Source: a virus (lineage: Duplodnaviria; Caudoviricetes). Taken from it: DNA of 53,583 nucleotides. The notes beneath the pieces are model-generated. The model had not been told where the DNA came from. It saw only the letters and a program-made list of their open reading frames with translations, and made no database searches. Made by a program: the position numbers and the translations under genes. Shown one piece after another: positions 9,630 to 18,512 of the stretch (positions are counted from its first letter, which is position 1; the number at the start of each line of letters is the position of its first letter). The stretch is taken from the IMG/VR virus record IMGVR_UViG_3300011335_000440, positions 1 through 53,583 of that record. One strand, 5' to 3'.

Positions 9630-11891
9630 ATGGCATTACCAACACTTCCTACAGCGCCAACTGGGCTGTCTGACGCGGCACAAACCGAGTACTTGGCAGC
9701 TTTGCAAAAAGTTGCTAGTAGTTTAGAAGCACGCAATACAAAGACTGACTGGTGGGGGCTTGCAGGCGCGTTTCTTGACCCAGGCCGTTCAGGCTCTTTT
9801 GGTGAAAGCTTAGGTCGCGCAGGCACACTTTTAAGTCAGCAAAATCGTGCTCGTGAAGAACAGGCCCCTAATATTGCAGCGTTGCAAGCATCCATTGCAG
9901 CACAGAAGTTTGAAACGCAAAACCAAGCTGAGGCTATGGGCATGCTAGGAAGCGCGCTAGGCTTAAATCCAGTTGCCCTTGCAAAAGACTTGCAAGACGG
10001 TACTGTGCCACCTGCTGTGGCTGGACAATTACAAAGCATTGACCCCAAGGTCTACCTTGCCATAGCCACCAAGAGCCCCAAAGTAGGCGCGCTGGTCAAA
10101 GACTACTCGAGCATGGTTACTCAAGCGCAAACCACTGACATTTCGCAAAAGCAATTACTGTTGGCGCAAAACCAAGCACTGTTTGGACAAGAAGTTAAGC
10201 GGCTTGAAATTCAAAATGCGCAGTTCAAATTGCAACTTGATTTGCTAGGCGCTGGCAATGACGCGGAAGCACGACGGCGCGCAACTGCTGAGTTTGTTGA
10301 TAAAGTGGGTGGGCCTGAAGAAGCTGCAAAGCTTGGCATTCGGCTTGAGCCGCCTATAGCACTACCGCAATTACCTGCTGCAACTATGCCTGCTGCAACT
10401 ATTCCAGCTGTTACAGTTGGCGGTGCTGCACGTGCGCCAGCGCTTGTTGCCACAGCTATTCCGGCCCCTGCCCCTGCCGCTGCTGCCCCTGCCGCTGCTG
10501 CCCCTGCCGCTGCTGCCCCGCCTCTTGCAGCTGTCATGCTTGCTGCAGGCATTACAGAGCCTGCGCCTAATTTGCGGTTTTCAAAAGCATTTATTGCTGA
10601 AGCACAAAGCAACCCAAACTCAAGGGCTGCTTTTATGTTGCCTAGGATGCTAACAAAGCCTGAGAGTTACGCGCTAGATTTTAGGCCCGATGCGTATTAC
10701 GACTTGGGGCCTAGTGGTCAAATCATTACCAAGCGTCTTGAGCCTACGGCAGTACCAGTTGCTGCACCCGCACCCGCACCCGCACCCGCACCAGCACCAG
10801 CACCCGCACCCGCACCAGCACCCGCACCCGCACCAGCACCAGCGCTGCCTGCTGCACCTGTACCAGTTGCTGCAGCAGCACCAGCACGCGTAACGCGCAA
10901 TGACCAAGCTGCAAAAGATGCCGAGGCCATACCTATATTGCAAGCAGAAAAGCAAAAAGCTGAAGCAAGGCTATTGGCAGCACAACAAGCAAAAGATACC
11001 GCGGGCACTACGCGTGCTATGGCTGATGTTGTTGCGCTTGATCGTGAGTTGAAATTGAGAGCGCAAAAAGCCATGGTGCCTGTGGCAACTGCAGCAGCGC
11101 CTATAAGCGCGACAGCACCGGCAGCAGCGGCAGCACCCGGTATGCTATCTACTGCAGCGCCTATCCCTGCCACCATACAGGGCGCACCGCGTCGTGCTTT
11201 GGAATTGGAAAATCAAAAAGGTGCAATACAGACGCAACAAGATGTCAATAAGTCGAATCTTGCCATACAGGAAAAAGAAGCTGAGAAACGTACTGCGCCG
11301 TATGTGCAAAAGCATGACTTGCTAGCAGGCTACGACTCTGCAACAGTTGCTGCCAACAATACCAAGTTTAATGAGCTAATTCAGATAGTCAAAGCCAACC
11401 CGAAAGTGGTAGGCTTGTTGACGCACCAAGGCCCCATGTATGCATTGGCGCAAGCTGCTGAGAGTGGAATTACAACGCCATGGGGTAGCCTTGCAGCTCC
11501 TGTGGGTGAAGCTGTTGCCAAGTTGCAATTGAATCCGCAAGAGCAAGCGGTTGCACGTAATGTTATGCAGCTAATCTCAGACTTGAATCAAGCTGTGATG
11601 AAGCAGGGCAAAGCAATTTACGGCCCGCAAATCAGCACGTTTGATGCGCAAAAGATGGCTGAGCCCGGGTTTAAGACTACTGACCCTGCGTCTTTCATTA
11701 TGTACCTTGCAGCTAAAAACAAGATCACGAACATCTATATGGGCAGAATGGCTGAAGCGCAAACTGATTACTTTGAGCAGAACCCTCGCGCAACAACAGC
11801 GTCATTCTTTAAGTCGAAGCCTTACAAGCAACTGGTTGGAGAATTTGCTGCAACATACCAAGACTTAGTTAGCAAGTCACCTTACAAATAG
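9630..11891 (+). CDS. large internal virion/ejection protein with Pro-Ala linkers
   Basis: 753 aa helical, A-rich; SFGESLG motif; position after tail genes. Confidence 0.6.
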   Translation: MALPTLPTAPTGLSDAAQTEYLAALQKVASSLEARNTKTDWWGLAGAFLDPGRSGSFGESLGRAGTLLSQQNRAREEQAPNIAALQASIAAQKFETQNQAEAMGMLGSALGLNPVALAKDLQDGTVPPAVAGQLQSIDPKVYLAIATKSPKVGALVKDYSSMVTQAQTTDISQKQLLLAQNQALFGQEVKRLEIQNAQFKLQLDLLGAGNDAEARRRATAEFVDKVGGPEEAAKLGIRLEPPIALPQLPAATMPAATIPAVTVGGAARAPALVATAIPAPAPAAAAPAAAAPAAAAPPLAAVMLAAGITEPAPNLRFSKAFIAEAQSNPNSRAAFMLPRMLTKPESYALDFRPDAYYDLGPSGQIITKRLEPTAVPVAAPAPAPAPAPAPAPAPAPAPAPAPAPALPAAPVPVAAAAPARVTRNDQAAKDAEAIPILQAEKQKAEARLLAAQQAKDTAGTTRAMADVVALDRELKLRAQKAMVPVATAAAPISATAPAAAAAPGMLSTAAPIPATIQGAPRRALELENQKGAIQTQQDVNKSNLAIQEKEAEKRTAPYVQKHDLLAGYDSATVAANNTKFNELIQIVKANPKVVGLLTHQGPMYALAQAAESGITTPWGSLAAPVGEAVAKLQLNPQEQAVARNVMQLISDLNQAVMKQGKAIYGPQISTFDAQKMAEPGFKTTDPASFIMYLAAKNKITNIYMGRMAEAQTDYFEQNPRATTASFFKSKPYKQLVGEFAATYQDLVSKSPYK
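10470..10514 (+). repeat. 3 x 15-nt tandem repeat GCCCCTGCCGCTGCT (APAAA)
   Basis: Read directly. Confidence 0.9.
10764..10841 (+). repeat. 13 x hexamer GCACC(C/A) encoding (AP)13
   Basis: Read directly. Confidence 0.95.
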
Positions 11892-11899
11892 GACGCAAT

Positions 11900-13045
11900 A
11901 TGGGCAATGAGACCAAGACTGAAGACGCGCCAAAGTCTGCACTAGCAGAGTTGCTACCTGAACTGCATGATGACAAAGGCAACTTCTCGTATGGCCCGGC
12001 AGTGCCTGCGTCAGGTGCCAGTGCTCCAGGCCCAGGTGGTGACGCTGGTGAAGGCCCATTGGCATTGAATGGGGAATACCTATCAGCAGGTGTTGGGGCC
12101 ATTGCAGGGACCAAAGCGCCTAAGTATCGAGCGCCTAGCACTATGGCTGCGCGTTCACGACTTAGCGCTGCAGACGCTACTCTTGCAGGCGCAATAAATA
12201 GAGTTGAAACGTTGGATGAGGCATACAGCGATGCGTGGCATCAAGCTGAAGCTCGCTACAACGCAGCACGTACTGCAGCGCAGCAAACAGGTGAAGCACG
12301 AACAGCGGCACAGCAAATTGCGGCAGACTTAGGCTTAACTGATGAGATGCTAAATGTTGGCGATCTTGCAGGCGATAAGTGGAATGCAAAAGTTGTAGGT
12401 GATATGGGCCCGGGTGGCGCATCTGTCACTGAGGCTGCACGCAATTACCAAATTGAAAAAGGCCTGCCATCTGACTATAAATCCACACGCACAGGCATTG
12501 CAGTGCCACGTAGCTTTGAGGAAACGGCTGCGCAAAAAGAAGCACGTAAGCTATACGGGTACGCTAGTGCGGCGCATGTGCCTACACAAGCTGAGCTTGA
12601 AGCTGCTGAGGCGGCACGCACTGCAATGCAAACAAGGCCTGCGCCTCTTACGCAAGCTGAAGCCACACGTGACAGCGCACGCAGCGCACGCAGCGCAGCG
12701 CAGGCTCGAGTTGCCACGCTTGAAGAAGCCCGCTCTGTGCTTTCCAAAATCCCGTTTTTCAACACCATCATGGGTGGGCTATCCGGCTATGAAATCATGC
12801 ATGCTTACAATGCTTATAAAGCCGGTGATAGCGTTGACGCCATCCTTTCCGGTCTTAGTGGCGTAGGCGGCCTAGTGTCATTGGCACCACACCCAGTTGC
12901 AAAAGCTGTTGGTACTGCAATGACTTTGCCTGCAGTAGGCTACCAGGTGTATCAGGCATCTAAGAAGCCTTATGACTATAGGCCCAATACAGCTGGTGGC
13001 GGGGCAGGCGGCTCGGCGCCTCGAGGCGCACTGCCTGTCAACTAA
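11900..13045 (+). CDS. putative internal virion/ejection protein, last gene of late arm
   Basis: A-rich coiled coil with hydrophobic G-rich C-terminal helices; stop overlaps the convergent gene. Confidence 0.55.
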   Translation: MGNETKTEDAPKSALAELLPELHDDKGNFSYGPAVPASGASAPGPGGDAGEGPLALNGEYLSAGVGAIAGTKAPKYRAPSTMAARSRLSAADATLAGAINRVETLDEAYSDAWHQAEARYNAARTAAQQTGEARTAAQQIAADLGLTDEMLNVGDLAGDKWNAKVVGDMGPGGASVTEAARNYQIEKGLPSDYKSTRTGIAVPRSFEETAAQKEARKLYGYASAAHVPTQAELEAAEAARTAMQTRPAPLTQAEATRDSARSARSAAQARVATLEEARSVLSKIPFFNTIMGGLSGYEIMHAYNAYKAGDSVDAILSGLSGVGGLVSLAPHPVAKAVGTAMTLPAVGYQVYQASKKPYDYRPNTAGGGAGGSAPRGALPVN

Positions 13046-13752
13046 GCAAGTAGCTCTTTACCCTTCATGTAGAGCCAAGTCCGCAAGGCGGTCATACCGC
13101 CATCAATCAATACGTGGTTGGGGAACACTTGGTATTTATGGTAGAGCGGATGGTTGATGAAGTTCTTCATTAGCAGGTAAGCGTCAGCATCAGGCGGCGA
13201 CAATCCCATGGCCCTATCGGTGTCGTAGAACTTCAAGTCGTACTCGTCTTTGAACTCGTTGTTGATGGCATGCACCTGATCGCCTAGCAAACCGATCACA
13301 ATAACCCTAGGCTTTTTGACGCCTGTTGCGGCGTATGCGCCATTGTGCTTAGGCACATGGAACTCATGCTCTAACTCTTTCACCACAGCCGCAATCTCAT
13401 GTTTGAGCGTTGCTGCAATGCGTTTTGCTATAGCCTGCACCAAGTCATCAATTGTGCCTATAGACTCAGGCTCAGACTCCTTACTCGGTGGTTCTGAGGG
13501 CATAGAGCTCGGCGTTGTGGGTGGACATACATCCCTAGGGATTGGCACAACCTTGTAAGCTCTGGTTTTGACCTCTTTGACCAAGTCATTGGCTGCAGAG
13601 TGGGATGCAAAGTTTCTATGCCGCGAGAATGGCAGTGCATTTTGAGCTTGCTTAACAGCCTCAAATGCGCTGTAGCCGTCGCGTACAAACAAGTCAACTG
13701 CAACGGCAAGAACTGCCTCGCGTTCTTCAGATGTCCATCTAATCTTCGTCAT
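13042..13752 (-). CDS. two-domain hypothetical protein (helical N-domain; alpha/beta DUF2325-like C-domain)
   Basis: TTGAAAGGA RBS; RVIVIG...ADAYLLMKNFINH pattern. Confidence 0.55.
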   Translation of the reverse strand: MTKIRWTSEEREAVLAVAVDLFVRDGYSAFEAVKQAQNALPFSRHRNFASHSAANDLVKEVKTRAYKVVPIPRDVCPPTTPSSMPSEPPSKESEPESIGTIDDLVQAIAKRIAATLKHEIAAVVKELEHEFHVPKHNGAYAATGVKKPRVIVIGLLGDQVHAINNEFKDEYDLKFYDTDRAMGLSPPDADAYLLMKNFINHPLYHKYQVFPNHVLIDGGMTALRTWLYMKGKELLA

Positions 13753-13805
13753 GGTGTTTTCCTTTCAATGGTCAAGTTGGTGTGGTTGCCCACGGGTGGA
13801 TTATA

Positions 13806-13982
13806 TCACGTTGGTTTGTACATCGCGTCGCTGACAGCTTTTTGCCAATCCATGGCATTGACCATCTCAATCTTCAAAGACATAAGGGCCTCGATGACTG
13901 CCTCCATGGAGTGGCCATTACGAATCAGAACGTAGATGGCTTCCCTAAGATCATCTTCAGCGTGTAGGGCTTTGCTTGTCAT
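13806..13982 (-). CDS. hypothetical protein
   Basis: ATG at 13982 overlaps the TGA of the upstream gene. Confidence 0.55.
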   Translation of the reverse strand: MTSKALHAEDDLREAIYVLIRNGHSMEAVIEALMSLKIEMVNAMDWQKAVSDAMYKPT

Positions 13983-14764
13983 ACGTTCAGTAGCCATTTT
14001 GAGAATCCAAAGCGTGGGTTGACAGATTGCTCGATGAGCTGGTGTGCCTCATACCGAGAGATGCGGGGCGGTAAGTCTGCAATTGGCACATGCCGCTTGT
14101 ATGACAAGATGCTATTGAACATTTCCATGCGAGAGTCATACACGTGGAATGAGCCTACAGATACAGTCAAAGGGCCTGGGTTGACGTTCAACAAAACAGC
14201 CACCAGTTCCTGGAGAAAGCTAAATGTGGGTAGGTCATTGGCCATCCCCCAAAGAATGTCCTGAGACCTCATAATAACACGTGTATGCAATAGCGAATTG
14301 CGGAGCCTGAACTCGATGGCAATGGTGCAAGGCACATCTTTGGCGTCATGGGCTGTGTGGTCAAGATCGGTGCCATACATGGGGATGACTGCACGGCGGC
14401 TCATGGGGTCTGCCTGCAGCGTTTGCATGATGTATTTGACGCCTTGCGCGCCAAACCAGTATGAGCCATAGTTGCTGTTAAGCTTGCCATTGGCAACAAT
14501 CTTGCCCCATTGAGCTGCATGCTCAGCAATGGAAAGATCAAACGGGTTTGCACGTACGTACCATGCAAATTCGCGTTTGAGGTAGCTCAAATTGAAGTTG
14601 CGACCGTCAAATGAGTTGAACCTCACAAAGGGCGCAACAGAATACGTAAAGTTCTCAATCTCCAGCGTTCGCTCGCCACGTGGGCTAAGTAACGTGCCGT
14701 GTTCTCTAAGGACTTGGTACAGTCCTATCAGGGCTTCTTCAGTTTTGATGAGAGGAAATTCCAA
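13979..14764 (-). CDS. thymidylate-synthase-family enzyme, probable dCMP hydroxymethylase (or related dCMP C5-modifying enzyme)
   Basis: KREFAWY, SRRAV, DVPCT (catalytic Cys), MRSQDILWGMAND, SFHVY; TTG start at 14764 with GGAGG 6 nt upstream. Confidence 0.8.
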   Translation of the reverse strand: MEFPLIKTEEALIGLYQVLREHGTLLSPRGERTLEIENFTYSVAPFVRFNSFDGRNFNLSYLKREFAWYVRANPFDLSIAEHAAQWGKIVANGKLNSNYGSYWFGAQGVKYIMQTLQADPMSRRAVIPMYGTDLDHTAHDAKDVPCTIAIEFRLRNSLLHTRVIMRSQDILWGMANDLPTFSFLQELVAVLLNVNPGPLTVSVGSFHVYDSRMEMFNSILSYKRHVPIADLPPRISRYEAHQLIEQSVNPRFGFSKWLLNV

Positions 14765-14765
14765 G

Positions 14766-15680
14766 TTAAGCCTCCGTGATATGGTAGGGTTGGTCAGGGT
14801 AGTTCTGCATGTGATGCAGAGGTGGTGGCAACTTAATCGCTTTGATTGAGTTGTTGAGGGCCCATGTGTAGGCATTGTTGCCTAGGGCAAAGATTCTTGA
14901 TGGCTTCAGTTTGTCGATGAAGCCGGTATCGGTAGGCGTGCCTTGCGATGTTTGTGTGTTGATCCAGTACAGCATACGCTCGGTGATGCCTTCCTGCTCC
15001 AGTGCTTGTGCCAGCATGCGACTGGGGCCATCATTGTCGAGGAAGTTGACAAAGGGCACAACCACAGCTGTTGATTTGACATTGGTTTGAGGGCCCTTGT
15101 CGCAAAGCATTAGGATATTCCCATACTTAAAGGCTCCGCCACCACTGGCGTGGTTCTGGATGGACGCAGCCGCTATCTTGAGGAACAATTCATCCACATC
15201 ATCATGAACGTAGTCATAGTGGATCACAGGCAAATGCGTTTGCAAGTCCAGCGTTTCATATGCTTGGTACACATCACGCAACTGGTCAACGTTATCAAGG
15301 TACTCAGGCCGCTTTGAGAAAGTCTCAGCGCAGACATCAAAGTCAGGCTGGCAGAGGACAACCACGGCGCCACGTGATAGTGCAGTACGCTCAAGCATAC
15401 GGCGGCGTGGCATATCAACACGTGAAACGCCATTGCGATACGCATCGCCGTAGATAGGCTCAGACAGCCACGACCTATCCATGATGACTGTGTCATCAAA
15501 GGACAGTGCCGGTGACATGGCCCTGAAGTAGATCCTGCACAGATGCTCAGCATCAATCCCCGAGTAGGGGCCGTGCTTGACCATGTGCTGTATCCCCTGC
15601 TTGTGGCGCAAATGCAATCGCAGTTTCTCCGCGAGAGTAGATTTGCCGCCACCGTCTGGGCCTTCAAGAATTATGAGCAT
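14766..15680 (-). CDS. dNMP (thymidylate-kinase-like) P-loop kinase fused to a UDG-like C-terminal domain
   Basis: IILEGPDGGGKST, MDRSWLSEPIYG; C-terminal ILMLCDKGP..PF..YWIN..KPSRIFALGNNA..KLPPP. Confidence 0.75.
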   Translation of the reverse strand: MLIILEGPDGGGKSTLAEKLRLHLRHKQGIQHMVKHGPYSGIDAEHLCRIYFRAMSPALSFDDTVIMDRSWLSEPIYGDAYRNGVSRVDMPRRRMLERTALSRGAVVVLCQPDFDVCAETFSKRPEYLDNVDQLRDVYQAYETLDLQTHLPVIHYDYVHDDVDELFLKIAAASIQNHASGGGAFKYGNILMLCDKGPQTNVKSTAVVVPFVNFLDNDGPSRMLAQALEQEGITERMLYWINTQTSQGTPTDTGFIDKLKPSRIFALGNNAYTWALNNSIKAIKLPPPLHHMQNYPDQPYHITEA

Positions 15681-16567
15681 ACATAGCTTTCAAGTTTCAT
15701 TACCGTCGTGTCAATATCAATTTCAAAACGCAAACTGTTTGCTTGCGCTTGTGCAACCATTTGCAAACTGGCATCACCCATATTTTCTAGGTCTTTCATT
15801 GACCAAGCATACGGGGTGCCAATTACTCCAAGCTCTTCAGGGCTTCCTCCAAGTACACAGCCGGCATGAGCAGCGTGTAGGTATCTGACTCGCCACCATC
15901 CAGAGCCGGCATGGGCGTAAGTTGGACACAAAACTCCTTTGTACTGGCCGTATTGCCAGACAACGTCATCCTCAAGGATACGTGGTTGCCCCAAAGCTTT
16001 TCCACCAACACTGTGAACTGGCCATGATAGGTTTTGCTCTGTTGTCCAGACATGGGCGTCTTTCGATAGGGATGCGTTGTACCACTCAGTTTTGCGTTGG
16101 TGCCATGAAAGCTTATGCACAGGTGGCATTCTGCAAAGTGGTGATGGGTCCCACATCCTGATCTCACGAACATCCAAGCCCATCTTTGTGGTGTCGCCCC
16201 AAGGGAATAGTGGGGCCAGCCACACACGATCTTGCAGCTTTTCCGCATCAATTTTGTGGCACCACGAAGGCATGATCAATCTGAATGACCAGTCGTCAAG
16301 GCATATGTAAGCATCAGGCCTTTGCTCCAATGCATACACAGCCCCGACGTGGTCAATGGCGTTACCGTCAAGCGGGTAAAGGTACACAAACACAGTGTCA
16401 TAGCCTGAAAGATCCTCGCCAACCACGGTTGCGCGGTGATCTACTTGGTGGCCTAAGCGTGTGTATGCGTAGGCCATCATTTCAGGTATAGAGACGAACT
16501 TCGTAGAGCTAGCTCTATTCGGATGATTGATGTGCGTCTCTGTGACGCCTGTGATGAGTAACTTCAT
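15671..16567 (-). CDS. putative GT-B glycosyltransferase (DNA beta-glucosyltransferase-like)
   Basis: MKLLITG..LGHQVD..DLSGYDTVFV N-terminal Rossmann pattern, CLDDW, C-terminal RVRYLHAAHAGCVL; adjacent to kinase and TS homologue. Confidence 0.6.
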   Translation of the reverse strand: MKLLITGVTETHINHPNRASSTKFVSIPEMMAYAYTRLGHQVDHRATVVGEDLSGYDTVFVYLYPLDGNAIDHVGAVYALEQRPDAYICLDDWSFRLIMPSWCHKIDAEKLQDRVWLAPLFPWGDTTKMGLDVREIRMWDPSPLCRMPPVHKLSWHQRKTEWYNASLSKDAHVWTTEQNLSWPVHSVGGKALGQPRILEDDVVWQYGQYKGVLCPTYAHAGSGWWRVRYLHAAHAGCVLGGSPEELGVIGTPYAWSMKDLENMGDASLQMVAQAQANSLRFEIDIDTTVMKLESYVCS

Positions 16568-16568
16568 G

Positions 16569-16811
16569 TTAGGCTGCGACGGCTTCTTCTGCAGGGGTCA
16601 AGGAGATGTACTCATACGCTGCGTCGTAGTGCACGTCGCTAGAACGTCCACCAGCTGCAGTGTACTCGCCCACGGTCATACCGTCTTCATACAACGCAAA
16701 GCGTGCATGGGCAAGGGTGCCTTCACGCTTGGGGTTGGATTCAGCAAGCATGTTGATGACGGTGTCTTTCTTGATACGATTGCGAGTTGCAACGGGGGCT
16801 TCTTTTGCCAT
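16569..16811 (-). CDS. small conserved hypothetical protein
   Basis: AAAGGA RBS before ATG 16811; NPKREGT..H.RF..Y..GMTV.EY motif. Confidence 0.6.
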   Translation of the reverse strand: MAKEAPVATRNRIKKDTVINMLAESNPKREGTLAHARFALYEDGMTVGEYTAAGGRSSDVHYDAAYEYISLTPAEEAVAA

Positions 16812-16858
16812 AATGGTTTCCTTTAAGATGAAATGAAAATAACTTACTTTGCGTAATG

Positions 16859-18250
16859 TCAATGGTCAGTGCTGCTAATTGTATCACGTTTAATGTAGTC
16901 ACGCACAGCATTCAGCAACTTTTGTTGCGTCTTATCTTTGCGCTTTACAGCAGACATGATGGCTTCGTCAATGGTGTCAGCAGCCACGATATGGTGCACC
17001 ATCACGTTATTCTTTTGCCCTTGCCTCCAGATTCGGCGGATGAACTGCTCGTAGACTTCCAAAGACCAAGTCAGAGAATACCAAATGACTGCATGGCCGG
17101 CGCCTTGTAGATTCAGTCCATGGCCTGCAGACATAGGGTGGGCTAGCAGCACAGGCAGTTGGCCTGTATTCCAGCCCATGATGATCTTGTCCAGCCTTGA
17201 GCCTACCACACCTGAGCCAATCACCGGTGCATGTGGGAAAGCTTTCTTAAGACGTTCAAGGTCATGTTGAAAGTGGTAGCCAATGATGCAAGGCTGGCCG
17301 GATAGCTCCTCAACCAGCTCGGCAACGGCGTCAGTCTTGGCGTCATGCACATGCAATGTGTGCCTGCCTTCACCATCAAGGTAAGAGCCACCATTGGCGA
17401 TCTGCTGGCCTTTCATCACAGCAACTGCAGCATTAGCCGCCGTGACCTCGCCACCTTCAAGTTTGACTGTCAGGTCTGCCTCAAAAGAATCGTACATTTT
17501 ACGTGCATTAGGCGGAAGTTCGATTCTGATAGTGTTGTAGGCCAAATCAGGCAAGTCAAGGTGATCGAGAGCTGCCATCCGCAACACTTTATCATGAAGC
17601 TTTTCTTGGATTCGTTGTTCCCCATCTGACTTTAGCTTCCATTCAAAGCCATTGAAACCTGATGGGTAGAAGTACTCATCACGAAATCGTGACACGTAGG
17701 GCCCAAACGTGGCCCCCTGGTCAATGATTAACTGTGGTCCAAATATGTCCAATAGGCTATTAGGCGCGGGTGAACCAGTGAGTCCCCAGCGGCGGTTGAA
17801 TTTATTGAGCATTGTCTTCAATGTCTTGAAGCGTTGGGACTGTGTATTTTTCAGATACGAAATCTCATCCACAACAAGAATGTCAAAAGGCCAAGGGGCG
17901 CCATTCAACTTATGCCCCAACCAGCCTAGGCCTTCATAGTTGATGACGTAGATGTCATGGTTAGCAGCCAGCACTTTATCTTTCTTGCCACCATGCAGCA
18001 CGCCAACTGAGTAGTGCACAAACTGTTCCCACTTACGTGTTTCATTAGGCCACACTGCATGCACAGGTCGCAATGGCGCAACAACCAACATTTTGCTACC
18101 CATCTCAGCAAGCCGCAGCGTACGAAACGCAGACAGCACAATGGCGGTTTTACCTAAGCCCGGGTCCAACCATAGTTGTCCTGAGCCACGCTCAACCAGA
18201 AACTTTACAGCTTCTTTCTGATACTCATGCGGTTCCCAAAACACTATCAA
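16859..18250 (-). CDS. SNF2-like superfamily 2 helicase
   Basis: LDPGLGKT, VVDEIS, LTGSP, GHGLNLQ, QFIRRIWRQGQ motifs. Confidence 0.9.
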   Translation of the reverse strand: MIVFWEPHEYQKEAVKFLVERGSGQLWLDPGLGKTAIVLSAFRTLRLAEMGSKMLVVAPLRPVHAVWPNETRKWEQFVHYSVGVLHGGKKDKVLAANHDIYVINYEGLGWLGHKLNGAPWPFDILVVDEISYLKNTQSQRFKTLKTMLNKFNRRWGLTGSPAPNSLLDIFGPQLIIDQGATFGPYVSRFRDEYFYPSGFNGFEWKLKSDGEQRIQEKLHDKVLRMAALDHLDLPDLAYNTIRIELPPNARKMYDSFEADLTVKLEGGEVTAANAAVAVMKGQQIANGGSYLDGEGRHTLHVHDAKTDAVAELVEELSGQPCIIGYHFQHDLERLKKAFPHAPVIGSGVVGSRLDKIIMGWNTGQLPVLLAHPMSAGHGLNLQGAGHAVIWYSLTWSLEVYEQFIRRIWRQGQKNNVMVHHIVAADTIDEAIMSAVKRKDKTQQKLLNAVRDYIKRDTISSTDH

Positions 18251-18512
18251 TCCCTTCTTTTGAGTTGATCACAAAGACTTTGTGGCCACGTATCTTCAAT
18301 TGGTCATGCACCTTCTCTTGCATAGGGGAGACTACACCGCCTGGACGTTTGAGTTCCACCCACAACACCTCACCATTTTCAAGAGGCACAATGCGATCGG
18401 GCCATCCGCGTGCAAAGCGTACGTTCAGTTTCAACGACATAATGCCATGCTTTTTGCATTGCTTTGTAAAGTACGCCTCAAGGTCACGCTCAAGGATAAT
18501 GCGTGTCACCAT
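18225..18512 (-). CDS. VRR-NUC domain nuclease
   Basis: LERDLE, GWPDRI, WVELKRPGG, SPMQ motifs. Confidence 0.85.
   Translation of the reverse strand: MVTRIILERDLEAYFTKQCKKHGIMSLKLNVRFARGWPDRIVPLENGEVLWVELKRPGGVVSPMQEKVHDQLKIRGHKVFVINSKEGIDSVLGTA

Noticed and set aside
10470-10841. Possible CRISPR array
   Set aside because: Tandem coding repeats with no spacers; the Cas4-like gene is a stand-alone phage exonuclease
10674-10955. Cys/Gly- and His/Pro-repeat ORFs in other frames
   Set aside because: Alternative-frame readings of the (GCACCM)13 repeat inside a real gene
13979-14875. Ordinary thymidylate synthase (thyA) with the long N-terminus given in the ORF track
   Set aside because: Asp at the specificity site and the GT/kinase context argue against ThyA; the extension overlaps the kinase gene and a TTG with GGAGG fits at 14764
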